NCBI RefSeq assembly: GCF_001194135.2 | Contig: NC_068996.1 | Location: forward strand, 28,880,429 to 28,944,428 | Source: Octopus bimaculoides | Taxonomy: Eukaryota | Direction of reading: 5' to 3' | DNA length: 64,000 nucleotides | Notes under the pieces: model-generated | What the model was told of the DNA's origin: nothing | Databases searched by the model: none | The model's input: only the letters and a program-made list of their open reading frames with translations | Part shown: one piece after another, positions 11,701 through 26,600 of the stretch | Layout of the letters: each line of letters starts with the position of its first letter | Numbering within the stretch: the stretch's first letter is position 1 | Made by a program: the position numbers and the translations under genes

Positions 11701-14700
11701 AAATAATAATAAAGATGACGATATAATAAAAATGATTTCTAACATTAAGAACAAAGCAACAAGTTTTGCAGGAATAGATCATGATACACAACTGCACACC
11801 ACATTTGATGCCTCTTATGCCCAATTTGTTTTGTCATATGTGTACACTGACATTACATATCCATTGGAGCATATTTGTTTCATACTTTTCAAGTCTTCAT
11901 CTGTCCTCTGCATCCACAGACCAAGTTCAACTAACAATTCTGTCAGCTCTCCACCTTTATCATAAACAATAATAATAATAATAATAATTGACATATGTGG
12001 AATAACTCAGAATGTGTGTGCACTGATTAAGAACAGCAGGCCTAGTTGGAAAACATCTTTTCTGTAACAACCAGTACTTAGCTGAGGTAACAATCAAAAG
12101 AGGTATCTTCCAAGGAGATTCTTGTTCACCTTTATTTGTTATAGCCTTGATCCTACTTTCTTTAGTTCTATGCAATGTCTCAACCACCCCTTCATGGATA
12201 ATTTAAAACTGTTCACAAAACAGATCCTGAAATGGAAAGGCTTCTTGAGATGTCCAGCAAGGATAAGGGGATGGAATTTGGTATCCCAAAGTTTGCGGTG
12301 CTCACTTTGAAATGAGGAAAAAGAGCAGATTGTAGGGGCATAGAGTTGCCAAATGGAGAGTGAGTGGGAGACCTGGATGATGATGGGTACAAGTACCTTG
12401 GGATCCTGGAGCTGGACAATATCTTGCACAAAGAAATGAAAGATAAGATCACTGCATATCTGAAATGCCTCAAACTTCTCTTGAAGTCAAAACTCAACAC
12501 ACAGAACCTTGTATCTGCCATCAACATATGGGCTGTCTGCTATAGTGCACCCATTCTGAAATGGACATGAGTGGAGATTGACCAACTCAATTGCACTACC
12601 TAAAAGACAATGCATGGTGCTCTCCACCCTAAGGTGAACATACACAGGCTCTACATGAAGAAGTAAAGAGGTGGAAATGGCCTGATCAGTGAACAAGAGT
12701 ACATCAACAATGAAAGAAGAAATCATCATCATCATCGTTTAACGTCCGCTTTCCATGCTAGCATGGGTTGGACGATTTGACTGAGGACTGGTGAAACCGG
12801 ATGGCAACACCAGGCTCCAATCTAATTTGGCAGAGTTTCTACAGCTGGATGCCCTTCCTAACGCCATATGGCACAGTATTTGGTAAACAGCCAACAAGAC
12901 CTGCTACAGAGTGATGTTAATGCAGAAGGATTTACCAGCAATGGATTTAAGAGTGCTAATGAATACCAATCATGAATAGCCAATGAGAGAAGAAACTCTA
13001 CTCCGCATGGAATTATACAGCCAGTTCCACCATGAAACTAACGACTTAAAAGACTAGGAAGTATCATGGAGATGGCTCAGCAAGGGTGACCTAGGCATTA
13101 AATATCAACTCAGTGAAAAGGGATGTATACCACACAAATGTAACAAACCTCTCAGAATGTGTAGGGAAGAAGATTGAAAGTGTGATTCACATTGATAGTG
13201 CTTGTAAAAGTCTTGCACAGGAAGAGTATAAGCACAAACATGACAAGGTAGCCCAAAACCTTCACTACCTACTATGCTGGAAGTATGGATACAAGGTAAC
13301 GGGTGCTTGAAACCGACAAACACTGGAAAAGGTAATGGATAAAAAGGGGAAGGCAAAAATCCTCTGGGACTTTGACTTACAGATAGACAAGGTGTTAAAG
13401 CAGCAAAGGCCAGATATAGTAACCTTTAGGAGGGACAAACAAGAGTACCTAATAATCAACGTAGCAGTGCCAGGAGATCAACATATTATCATGAAAGAAA
13501 GAGAAAAGATTGATAAATATGGAGACTTGAAAATTAAGATCACCAAGATGGGGCAGCTACAAGAGTCAAACATAAAGGTTGTTCTTGTTGTCATCGGAAC
13601 ATTAGGTTCAATACTACTTAACCTGAAGAAACATCTGGAAACTTTAGAAATCCCCAACAATCTAGATGTATTTCAAAAATTGGCTTTACTTGGAACTGCA
13701 TGCATACTGTGTAAAGTACTGCCTATTTGAGGTCCTTGTTGTGACTTGACAGACAGTACAAACCCCCGGTAGACACAATATCTTCAATCAACAACATCAA
13801 TCATATTGGATACTGTGCAAAATCTTCAACAACAATAACGATGATAATGATGATGATAATGGTTTCTTCTACAAGTACAAGGCCAGTAATCTTGAGAAGA
13901 GGGAGTTAGTTGCTACCATTGACCCTAACAGTCAACTAATACTTTATTTTAACTCTGAAAAGATAAAAGCAAAGTTGACTTTAGTAACCAGTAACTGTCA
14001 GGGAAGTCTGGCATGGGTCTATGAGGATAGCAACCTCATGTATAACCCTTGTGAAAGGGCACCAAATTGGCAATAGAAACTGAGAGCACAAGACACCCCC
14101 AGAGTCTTCCAAGAAGAGGGGAGAATGAGAACCTCAACAGGATGGATTTAATGGAAACAACCAAGAATGATTTATGGACACAGACACTGCCCCAAACATC
14201 ATTAACTGGGGAAGTACTGGGAGTAAAATATTTCTGCGGAAATATCTCCAAGAACACAAAAGGGTGCAAGATACATTGAGTCAGGTCTGACTAGAAAAGA
14301 AGAGCCACTTGTGGTAGCAACTGGTGAGATGCAGGAGAACTCCAGATAGAAAGCATCCCAAAGAAATGGAAGTCTCTCATCACCTGTGTCACCTCAAGTG
14401 CTCAACAGGGGCAACCCACCCAATACCACCTCAGAGGGACAATCCTACTCAGCAACAGTCTGGATCAAATGGCCTAAAATGAATGAAGTGAAAAAATGGC
14501 AACAACTAGACCAAGACCTCAACAAAATATTAAAATGCATGCTGGCAAAAAGTGAATGCTCTTGTAACTATCACATTCAAATTGGTAAAAGACTGCTTTG
14601 GAAGAGAAGATAGATCAGTTATCATGACAATCAAAAAGAAGCATAGCAAAAGAGAATGAGAGATGCACTATTTGAAGAAAGAAATCAAGACCCTCAATAA

Positions 14701-15598
14701 GCAGTATAAGAAAGCTCCTGCTGAAGAAAGGGAAGGCATCAAGGACATAACAAGTCAGCTCCAAGAATGTTTGAGCAGGCTTAGAAGTGCAGAAAGTGCT
14801 TAGAAGCAAAAGAAAGAAAAGGAGACCAAAGGGGCATAGTTTATCAAGAACCCTTTCAGGTTCACCTGAATACTGTTGGGTGAGATCAAATCATGGAAAC
14901 TGACCAGCCCAAGAGAAGAGGTAGTAGCATTTCTGAGGGAGACCCACAATGACAAGCTCAGAAACGAAGCCATTGATGTCAATCCAAATGTCAGTAGAGC
15001 TGAATTACCAGGAAACAAGCTTAACATCGACTGTTCATCCTGGAAAGAAGTGTAAGAGATGGCAAAGAAGGCCTTCTGAACCATTCAGCAGTGAAGAGCT
15101 GGAAGTGATGTGTTGAAACAATTGTAGTGGCATGTAATAAAGCATGTTCAATCTATCTTCTCTTATTAACATTTTTGTATAAAGTTTACTAATATTTATA
15201 GATTTCCACATGTATATTGCAGGGAAACAGACACAATACTAATCCCTTTGGATAAATGGGCCTGTTCTATAAGTAGACAAAGTGTAGATAGAAATTCCAT
15301 ATGATGTGCTCAACACAAACTATGGACATGTAAGAGACACAGGAAGGTTAACAGAGAAGTATAACTGATGTTCTGAAATGCTCCAGAGGCTCCACAGGAA
15401 AAGTAGATAGTTTCTGTTATCTAGGTGACCTAATTAGCAGTGGAGGAGGGGGCTCAGTAAATGTAGCTGTTGCGATATGAGTTGGGTGGAGAAAGTTCAG
15501 AGAACTTTTACCTGTTGGTAGCAAAAAGCTTCTCTCTCAGAATGAATGATACTTCTGTACAAACAGCAATGCTACATGGCAGTGAAACTGGTCTGAAA

Positions 15599-15639
<41 letters not shown>

Positions 15640-17048
15640 AAATTTGATTAGAGGTTGTGTTAACCTCATGAAGGGATGGTTTCATCCAAGGAAATACTGG
15701 TTCAATACCTAATATTTTGGGGCAATTAATTTCCTTAAAATAATAGGTGTATATAAAAACATATAGTTTATATTCATATACAAAGAGAAAAAGAAAATGG
15801 AGATTGGGAAGTTAATAATTGTTTATTATTAACAACAAATCAATCATCACCCCTTATAGCTGTTTCAATTAATACTTAGTGAATCTAATTAAATATTAAA
15901 TTATATGACCTGAGCATAGTATCTTCAGAGGGAAAAAAATATACACTTGGATGTTTTACATGTGTTTATGGATTCATTATAGCAGACTGAATGATACTGT
16001 TTACAATTTGTATTTTTATGTTTTGGTGAGGGGTTTAAAATTCTGCTATCATCTTTATTTAATTTATTCATTTATTACTCTAATTCTATTTACCTACTCT
16101 ATCTTATCTCCAATCAACCTGCAAACCCCCTGCCTGAACATATCAAAGTACAAATCATAAACAGTATCATTCAGTCTGCTATAATGAATCTGTAGTGACT
16201 TCATGTAGTGACTTTCTGAAATGAAAGCTAGAGAGGAATGAGACTAGTATGCTCTGCTAGATGTGCACTGTGAGACAGAGTGCTAGTGTATTGAGAGAGA
16301 AGTTAGGCATAAAAGAGGAATTAGAAGCACTGGTTTGGCTACATGATGCAGATAGATGTTAACAGCTCCATAAAGAAGTGCCGATCTCTCAAGGTGGATG
16401 GAACTCGTGAAAGAAGGAGACCCAGGAAGACATGGGACAAAGTTCAGAACACCAAACGTTTTGGATGAGATGACAAAGGATTGAGATATCTGGGACCTTG
16501 CTGTAATCAAGAAGACCCATACTCCGCAGCTGAAGTGTAAAGGCTGCATCTTCTGGTGAAGAGGATTAGCCTGCATGTGTCCTGCACCAATGGAATGTAA
16601 AAAGCACTTGTCCCACTGCCATGTAAGGAAACTTGTGCCAGTGGTATATTAAAAGCACCCAGCCATAAAAACCAAGCCAAATCAGACTGGAACCTGAGGC
16701 AGCTTGCCAGTCTCTGGTCAAACCATCCAACCAATATCAGCATGGAAGACATATGTTGGCATGGGTTGGATAGTTTGACTAGAGCTGGAAAGCTGGAAAG
16801 CTGCATCAGGTTCTGGTTTGATTTGGCTTGGCTTCAATGGCTGGATGCCATTCTTAACACCAACCACTGGCAAACTGGGAAGCTGCACCAGGTTCCAGTC
16901 TGTGCGGTAAGAAACTTGCTTCCCAGCCACATGGTTCTGGGTTCAGTTTCACTGCGTGGCACCTTGGGCAAGTGTCTTCTACTATAGTCTTGGATTGACC
17001 AAAGACTTGTGAGTGGATTTGGTAGATGGAAATTGAAAGAAGCCCGTC

Positions 17049-17105
<57 letters not shown>

Positions 17106-20100
17106 TTTGTCCCCTTGCCATTGCTTGACAACTGATGCTGGTGTGTTTATGTCTCTGTAACTTAGCAGTTTGGAAAAAGAGCCAAGAGAATAAGTACTAA
17201 GCTTACAAAGAATAAGTTCTAGGGTTGATTTCTTCAACTAAAACCCCTTAAGGTAGTGCTCCAGCATGGCCACAGTCAAATAAATGAAACATGTCAAAGA
17301 ATAAAAGAATGTATATATATTTTTTTAATACTTCTTTCACTGTATTGTGTATTTGTTACTTTTTGCATGTTATTTATTATTGATCTTATATAAAAATGAA
17401 GCTGTATCCTTTAATTTGCTGGGAGTTCATTTCAAGTGTAAGGCCTCACAGAGGCAAAGTGGCTGAGTTCCTTTTGAGTGTTGGGCCTCATGGAGGCAAA
17501 GTGGCTGAGTTCCTTTCGAGTTTTGGGCTTCATAGAGGCAATGACCAAGACTTTTGGCATTATGTCATACTTGCAAAGAAGACCCATCAAGCCAAGTAAA
17601 ATCACTGTTTTGACAGATACTGATGTCAAACAAATTGGCACATAAACATACTCCGGTGTCAATGCAAATGGCACCCATGCTGGTGGCACATAAAAAAACC
17701 CATTACACTCTCCGAGTGTTTGGAATTAGGAAAGGCATCCAGCTGTAGAAAACCATGCCAAATCAGACAGGAGCCTGATGCACTTCCAGTGTGCCAGCCC
17801 AGTCAAACTGTCTAACCCATGCCAGCATGGACAACGGGTGTTAAATGATGATGATGAAACCAGGAAGATATCTTACAGAACAGTCATTATTTTAACGAGA
17901 TACATCTTGTAATCACCTGAAGAGACACATCTACACCACTGGTTGCACCTAAACCAGTTGTTCAGTATCTCACCTGTGAGTGATCGAGGCTAGATCGGTT
18001 GAAACAATTGTAGTGATTAAAAAGCATTCTCGTATCTTCTATTTTCCGTCTCTTGCAGTAATCAAATATACATTTATACACATACTATATAAGTGTGAGA
18101 GTATATGGGTTGTATATGTGTGTTTATCCCTGAAAGGCTCTGAAACAGTGTTTCCTCAAGAAAAACAAATTTAATTTTTTTAATCTGTGCCCCAAACTTT
18201 TAGATCAACAACTCTCCCACTATCAGTCTGTTACCACCAATCTATCGCTCTTTCTCTGTCACACTCTTTATCTGTATATGTATCAACTCACATGCATTGC
18301 TTTCATTTTGTTTAAAATTTTGTCTTCTAATGTTTACCTCCATTTTATGACAGCTATTAAGCACAAATCCTGTTTTCGGATTAGGTAAAAATGATCAAAC
18401 ATTAAGCCTCTGTAATATTTTTCTAAAATTTTTCTGGAGTAAATGCATCACAAACTCAGATTCAACATGAAAATGTACCCAGATTTGAACATTTTCACTT
18501 AATTTTGAAATTTTAAAATCTGTGACTGCAACAGAAAAAACTCTCTCTATTTGTGTCTCCCTTTCATTTTTTACTTTTCTCATTTTTACCACACTCTCTC
18601 ACTTAGTATGTAAAAGATAATTTCATTTTAATAGCATACTTCTTCTGTTAGTATCTGCTCTTTTTCTTACACACACACACACACACACACGCACACAAGG
18701 ACTCGCTTGATGTTTAAAAATTTTTTTAATCCAACAAGTTATACTTGATATTTTACCAACCTCACCAATACAGGAGGGGAGGATTAGGGTGATACTCTTG
18801 TGGTCTCTTAAAAGACCACACCACACTGGCCCCATTAGGTCCAGCACACTAATTCTGTCATCACTCTAATCCCTTGGCTCATGTTGCTGCTGTTATTACT
18901 CTTGCACACATTATCTTGGTTATTATACATCTCTCAAAATGCAGAGTACTCTTATTACTCAACCTGTTAATCAGCTTATCACTGTCAGTCCTGCTTTTAT
19001 TTTATCCTTTATAATTCTCACTCAGTAAAGGGAGTGATGAGTGAGCAGATATGGAATCAAAAGGTTCCCTTGGGTGTACCATGGTGTGCATACCTCTGTA
19101 GTGCTTGTGCCATGAAAAACTACACCTAGTACCCTTTGCAAAGTATAAAGTTGAGAGGACTCTTTAGTTTTATCAAGGACATGACAACTTCCTAGTGATG
19201 GTACCTTGAAAAATACTTTCAGCACACTCTGTAAGATGGTTGGCCTTATGAGTAGCCAAATGTACAAACAAAGCCAAAAATGAAATCCACTAATGAGATG
19301 TGGTCCTTTAATCTATCTAGATGAACAGCACCTTCAACTATGTGCTAACTTAAACTGTAGTAATCCAACTAACCCATGCTAAGATGAAAAGTTGGGCCAA
19401 AAAAACCTTGTTAGTGGATTTGGAAGATGGAAAATGAAAGAAGTCTATTGTGTGTGTGTATCTCCTAGTCTTGATACTGTGTAATTGTTGTAAATGAATG
19501 TCATTCATTTTCAATATTCTGTGAAAATGTGTCTGGTTTTGGGGAAGGTGAGGATTGGTAACAGGAAGAGTATCCAGCTGTAGAAAATCTACCTCAATAA
19601 ACTCTGTCTGATTCATGCAAGCAAAGCAAAGTGGATGATGATGACACATATATCTATGTACATGGCTCACTCATTGGCACTAAAAATACTCAAATATGGT
19701 GTTTTTTATATAGACAAATCGGAAGTCAAGATTATCATCAGATTCAAAGTCTTACCTTTTCTTTTGAGCTGTGGTGAGGTGTCGATGACGAACTAGATGT
19801 AAGTCCAGCTACAACATTAGGTGGGGTTGTGGTATTAGCAGTAGCTGACATGGAATGTTGCATCGGCGAGAAGGCGAAATCCACAATCCTTCGAGGAGGA
19901 TTAACATTTTGAGCATGGTGTGTGGCAGCGACTACGCTTGCACCTGAATTCTTTGCACTTGCTGGTGTACCAGCTGCAGCGGGTGAATGGTGAACTTTTG
20001 CAGAACTACTTTCGGGAGTTGAGTTTGTTGCAATCTGCATTGAAGGTATAACTATGGATGAAGATGATGGTGCACCAATTCTGCTGCTAGTGGCAGTACC

Positions 20101-20579
20101 TGTGGTAGTTGTGGTGGTGGTAGTAGTAACAGTGCTATTATTATTATTAATATTATTGTTATTATTGTTATTGTTGTTGTTACTGCTGCTGTAAGCAGCA
20201 GCCAGTATAGATGAGGAAGTGGAGGGTGCTGATGATGATGTTGAATGCAGTGCACGTGATCGTGTTGGCAGGACTGCAGTGCTAGTTACAGCTGAACGGT
20301 GTGGTCCTGTACCACTGCTTGTCCCCGAAGAAGTACAACTTGTAGAGAGTGAGCCACTGGAGCGGAGGTGTGGCTGGAAAACGGTAGCTGGTGGAGGTGC
20401 TGGTGGTGGTGTGTCAGCATTGCCACTGCATGGAGGTGGTGGTGAGCTGAAGAACATTGAGCCAGGGGAGTCACTTATATCTGATGACAATGAAGGTGAA
20501 GAAGGCATATCCTTCGTTCTAGAGTGGGCTGCACCAAAATAATTTGCAGACCTACAAGAGAGATGATGATGATTATAAC

Positions 20580-20611
<32 letters not shown>

Positions 20612-23600
20612 CAACAATAAATGCCCAGATGCAGTACCAGGCAGTGGCTCTCGTGGCTTCTGATCTTAATTGATTGGAAGTGTTATCATGTACATTGTTT
20701 TGTCTTGGTATAAAAAGATGTGCTACAGCAAATATTCTGCTTAACACCACAGATTTGCTTGTAAGTTGTTTGACCGTAACCAGTTAAGCATGTCCCTTGG
20801 TGGCTGACAATATATGCATCCCTGATCATGAGCAGGAGTAGTGGGGGAGCATCATAGCCATGTGTTGAGAGGAATTCTTTGAGGTTTGGATAATTCACCT
20901 TTGGAAATATGGGTGTTTTGCTCAGCATCCTTCAACAACTCTTATTCAGGGACCTTTTGAGCGGGATGGGTTACTCGACCTGAAGAAAAGTTTAACTGGG
21001 CCCCACTGCAAGGTCATGTGCTGTTTATTTTGATATGAGATCACCATGTCGCGCACATATGGTTGTGATGCATGTGCCTGGTGTACCCTTATCAGACGGG
21101 TAGTCATGATGGGTATAATAGGCTTCGTATATTTTACCCCAGTGTCACTTTGATGGCATGCACTCCTCTCTCACACATTAATAATAACAACAACCACAAC
21201 AATAATAATAAGAGAAAGGGGTTTCTTATTTAGGCCAATAACTTTGAAAAGATAAGTTTTGTTGATTCTGATGACCCTAGTCATCCTTGAAAGGATGAAA
21301 AGCAAAGTTCACCAGGGTAAGATACGAACTCAGAACAAGGCATTTTGCCTGATGACCTAACAATACTGTTGATCCACTAACCTAAAATAATAAAAAACAG
21401 TTAATTTTGGTGGGATTTGAAGAGAGAGAGGGGGAGGGGGGGAGGAGTGAATAACCCAAAGCAATCTAACTGTCTCTAACAATTCTGATAATCAACTGCT
21501 ATGTATGAATAATTAAAATGATGATGATAATAATAATCCTTTCTATTATAAATACAAGGGACCTAAAATTTTGGGGGAAGTGTTAGTTGATTACATCAAC
21601 CCCAGTGCTCAACTTGTATTTATTTTATTGATCTTAAAAGGATGAAATCAAAGGTAACCTCAGCAGAATTTGAACTCGGGACATACAGACGGACAAAATG
21701 CTGCTAAGCACAAAGTATTTTGTCCAGCACATTAATGATTCTGCCAACTTCCCTTATAATTATAATAATAACCAGCTGCGAAAGTTGTATATGTTGAGAA
21801 GAAAATAATTTGGGGGTGGGGGTGGGTATATCAAGAGAACCATTGCTGGTTCAGGTGAGAATATCTAGTATAGTCAGGTCAGTTATTTGTGTGGAGACAG
21901 ATGAGTACAAAGAATAAAATAGTAAGATGAAAGAAAATGGAATAGAAAAAAGATGTAAGGGCAGTTTGTGAGAGAAATGAGTAGTAATTCAGAAGCTGAT
22001 GGAAGGTGGCACTGACTAAGGAAGAGTGGTTTGAAGCTAGAGACAGAAGCACTTATCTGTATTGTATAGGAACAAGCACTGAGGACAAATTACACTGAAT
22101 GTAGGATTGATAATGCAGCAATAAGTGGCAAGTGCATGAAGCAGGCTCAAAAAGAATACAAAAGAAGACAGAATAATGTCATAAGAATACGGGTGCTGCA
22201 TGGCAAGTATAGATTGAATAGAGCAAAGATGTGGTATGGGTAAACCCCCAGAAGGAGTAAACAAGAAGATACTGTGGGTTGTAATAATTCAATGTGATCC
22301 CGAAATTGAACATTGAAAGCCAGATATAGTGGCTGTGAATAAAAAGGGGAAAACCTGTTTAATCATAGATATATTTCAATCCCCTGGAGATGACACAGTA
22401 TCAGAAAGAAAAGAAGAGATGCAGGTCAGATATGATGATTTGAAGTGGAAGATAAAAAAGACTGTGGTCATTGAAGGTGAGTGTTATACCTTTTATTGTT
22501 GGAGCCTTGAGAACAAGCTCACAAACTGGCTTGAAGAGAGAAGTAAATGCAAAGATAGAATATCTACAAAAATCAGTGTTGCTTAGGACTGCACAAATCC
22601 TCCAAAGAATTCTTGAAATCTGAATGCTAATTGTTACTTTAGTCTACTGGTTGTGGGCAGCTGACACCTTGTTACATTCCCAAGTGGAGTTGCTATGCTA
22701 AATAAGATAATAATAATAGTAATTCTTTCTGGTTTAGTTACAAAGCTAGCAGTTTTAAGGGAAGCATTTTAGTCAATACCACTGATCCCAATACTTGACT
22801 GAACTTTGTTTTATTAACACAGAAAGAATGAAAAGCTAAGTGGACTTCAGTGGAATTTGAACTCAGAGTGTAAAGATTGGAACAAATATTACAAGGCACT
22901 TTCTTCAATGTTCTTGTGATTCTGTCAGCTTGCTGCTTTAATAATAATGATTTCTAACATAACAGTGAAGACATCAGCAGACTGTTATTAAGGATAGCCA
23001 TAAGTACATTGAAGGAAAACAGCAGTAGCAGAGTCTACAAATGTTATTCCAATTGAAAACTTTGGAATTGAAGATAAAATATTTCACTTAGAAAATGTAT
23101 CTGTTATCTCACCTCTAGTTCTTACAACTGAAATGAGACATAGCCAATTCTATTAGTACCTATTAGTATAAATATGGGTATAGAAATAGCAATAGTAAGG
23201 TTCTATATGATCTAACAAGGAATCTCTAAGTGGTCCCTTAGTTGGCCAGAAATACCAGTTATATGTCTTTCAAATTATATTCTATAGTCTTATAAAATAG
23301 ATGGATACACAGGATAATCTAGTTCTCAATATGCTATGTCTCAATAAAAGATGAGAAAGTCATGGCTGAAACATCATGATTATAAGGTTGCTTGATCCAG
23401 GACCACTTGGGTTGAAACAAGTGTTTGTAAATGATGTTAATTCTGGAATTAAAAATAATATGAATATGATAGTTACATCCATCATCCCATTTGCAATTCA
23501 TATAACAAATTGCCTCTATGTATTAGATGTAAGTACATTCTTGGAAATAGCAATTCTAGGATTTGTGAATATTATTTGGGTATTTTCACAGACCATTTGT

Positions 23601-26600
23601 ACATTTTTATGCAAGGTTTTCCAATATGTACCTCTTCTTGTTTTAGTGTAGAACAAGGAAACTTACTTTTTAATGTATATCTCAATTTATGAATAGTAGA
23701 AGTAGTAGTAACAGTAATGGTGGTGGTGGTAGCAGTGGTAGAAGCAGCAGTTATTTTAACATTCACTTTTCCATGTTTGCATGGGTCAAATGGAATTCAT
23801 TGAGGCTGCTTTTCTGTGGCTTAATGCCCTTTTCACCAACCCTCATCTGTTTTCATGCCAAGTAATATTTCCCTATGGCCAAACATGCTTTCAAAGAATA
23901 TTGGGAATTAATGACACTGCCTATATATGATAGTCACTCTTGCTAACAACTACTGTGTGCATTGAAGGAGCACACTCATGAGCACACACACACAGACTTG
24001 TTTCAGTTTCTGACTAATGAATCAATTCTCAAGGCTTTGATCAGCCTGGAGCTAAATTAGTACTTAATTATATCAACCCTAATATTTGGCCGGTACTTTA
24101 TTTACTGATCCTGGAAGAATAAAAAGCAAAGGTGGCCATGGCAAAATTTGAAATCAGAATTACTGTATGGATGCTGGAAGGATGAACAGCAAAGACCCAA
24201 GCAGAGTTTGAACTTCGTGGTATCTAGATATTGCAAGGCATGTCTGATACTCAACTGATTCTACCAATCCACTGTATGAATAACAACAGCAACAGCAAAG
24301 GAGTGCTGTTGATATTATGGGCCTAGAGTTAGTGAGTGGCAGGTGCAAAAGGCAAAAATCATCACTAGAACTAAACTGAAAAATATACATATTTAGGTTG
24401 GTTTTCTTCTGTTTTCAACATCTTTACATCTATTTACAACAATAACGAAAATGAACCAAATAAGGATTTTTTTGCTACAAGACATGCAAAAAACATCAGC
24501 TAAACTTCCCTCAAATCATATCTGGTTCCTTTAAGTAAGGAAGCATATTGAATAATATATTCTACAGTTGTAGTATGCACGAGATATATGAGATAACATA
24601 CATACTAAGTCTACTACACTCTCTAAAAATAAGAGTCAGCAAAGGAACTTGTATGTTAGAAATAGAAGTCAAATCTTCTTCAAATCACACCATATTGCCT
24701 TACAAAGACAATTAGATACATGATATCTGAATAATTAAAGGAAATGTCTTTGATTACAGGAGTGCTTGATTGAGTTTGGCCTGGACCTAAATAACAGTAA
24801 CAATCAGATGCTCTATACCTGGAAATTTGAACATAGTTCCCTGGGAAAACTCCACTGATTCCAGTTTTCAAACAACAACCTTTATACCAGCCATCTTGGC
24901 ATTTTTCGGTAACAGTGTACTGATCACCTTTATGTAACTCAACTTCATCATCTTTCTGCGGCTTGTAATTGTAAAGAGCCGAATATCTGAAAGAGACAAG
25001 GAGACAAGAGAAGAATTTAATACAGGTACATGTAACACACAGTTCTGTACATTATCATCTCTTATGAACAACATACTATCAAAACACTGAAAGTTGCTGG
25101 AAATCTAACATAATTAACATAGCAAAATAAAAAGTGCATACCAAAATCAAGCCTGTTTCTTCAGTCCAGAAAATACTGCACTATAATCATTTACCAGCCT
25201 TCTACAGAACTCAAATAACATCCATAATGGGATAAAGGCTAAAGGGTGGTGTTGCTGTAACTACTCAGTATTGAAAAGAAAGCCACTAGTTTACAAAGAA
25301 ACATTACAACAGTTAGCCCATATATATCTATACTGTCTCTTCACTCTACCATTTCTATCTCTACCTTCATGGTATCTACCTGCCTGCCTGCCTGCATGCA
25401 TGCATACATACATATATCTCAGAGAACTAATCATGTACTGCACACTCATTAGTACAACTTAAACCTTAAGTCTCACTACTGATGTAACATTTGGATGGTG
25501 CAACAGCTACACACACACATCTCAGTTTACATATAAAAAGGAGACCATGCTTTACTAACCAACACAGAATAAAATTGACAGTAGTTTTATAAATTGCTTC
25601 TTACTTTTTTAATTTTCATTACACAGAGCACACCTATGATCAAAAGCAGTTACTAACCCATTTTATTTCTTAAGGATGACATTGTACAATGTTACTTGGT
25701 TTTTTTTTTAAACAGTTGGGTGTAATTGGAGAGAGATTTCAAGAAGTATAGATTATTTTACAAATAACTCAAGACAGGTTCAAAGTTTTCAACAAGAAAT
25801 AACCTCCTAAACCAAATTATGAATAATTAACATGGTCACCTGGCAAATGATAAGTGGATAAAGTGTTATCAGTACCTATTGCTCTCTTTCTATTGTTAAC
25901 ATTGATGAATATGATATTTAATATTACTATATATATTGATACAGGATGTTATATAATTTCAGGAAGTTCAGTTGAAGCAGAAGATTAACCTATGCGATGC
26001 AATTTAGATGTGTGTATATGTGTGTGTGTGAGTACATTGTGTATAAGAGAGACAATGTATGTGTAGTACTACTACATCACTCCATATTCAGGATCAAGAA
26101 TTCCTTTGTGAGTTGTACTTGAGCTTATAGAATGTAGAGAACCAGAAAATGTGATGGCCAACATTTTTAGTAACTTTTGAAGATTTAATTGCTTTGTTAA
26201 TGACTATGTTATGTATGCAGGTTTCATGGCGGTGGGGAGAATAGAAGGAAGCCTAGACAGAAAGACAGCAATAATTAGCAAGAAAAAGAAAAGAAGAGGC
26301 AATAAGAGAGTGGAACTAATTAGCAATGAGAGAGATAGAGAGTCAAAAAGAGATAATTATCACAAAGAAAGAGAAAGAGAGCTAATTAGCAAATGAAAGA
26401 GAAGTAATTAGGAAGAAAAGAGAATAAGATGATTAGCATGAAAAGAGAAAGAGGTAAATATATCAAAATAGAGATGGTATATTGAGAGTAAAATTATATA
26501 TTCCATACATGACATTCTTTCCAAAATGTGGTGGACTGGCTGCATTGATCTCTGCACTGCTTGGCTTTCCCTCTTCTCCAGTCTTATTACCATAAGTGTC

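Noticed and set aside
20219-20542. Plus-strand ORFs antisense to exons (20219-20542, 27767-28279, 58740-59039)
   Set aside because: Shadow ORFs opposite Ser/Pro-rich or conserved coding exons; no independent evidence.
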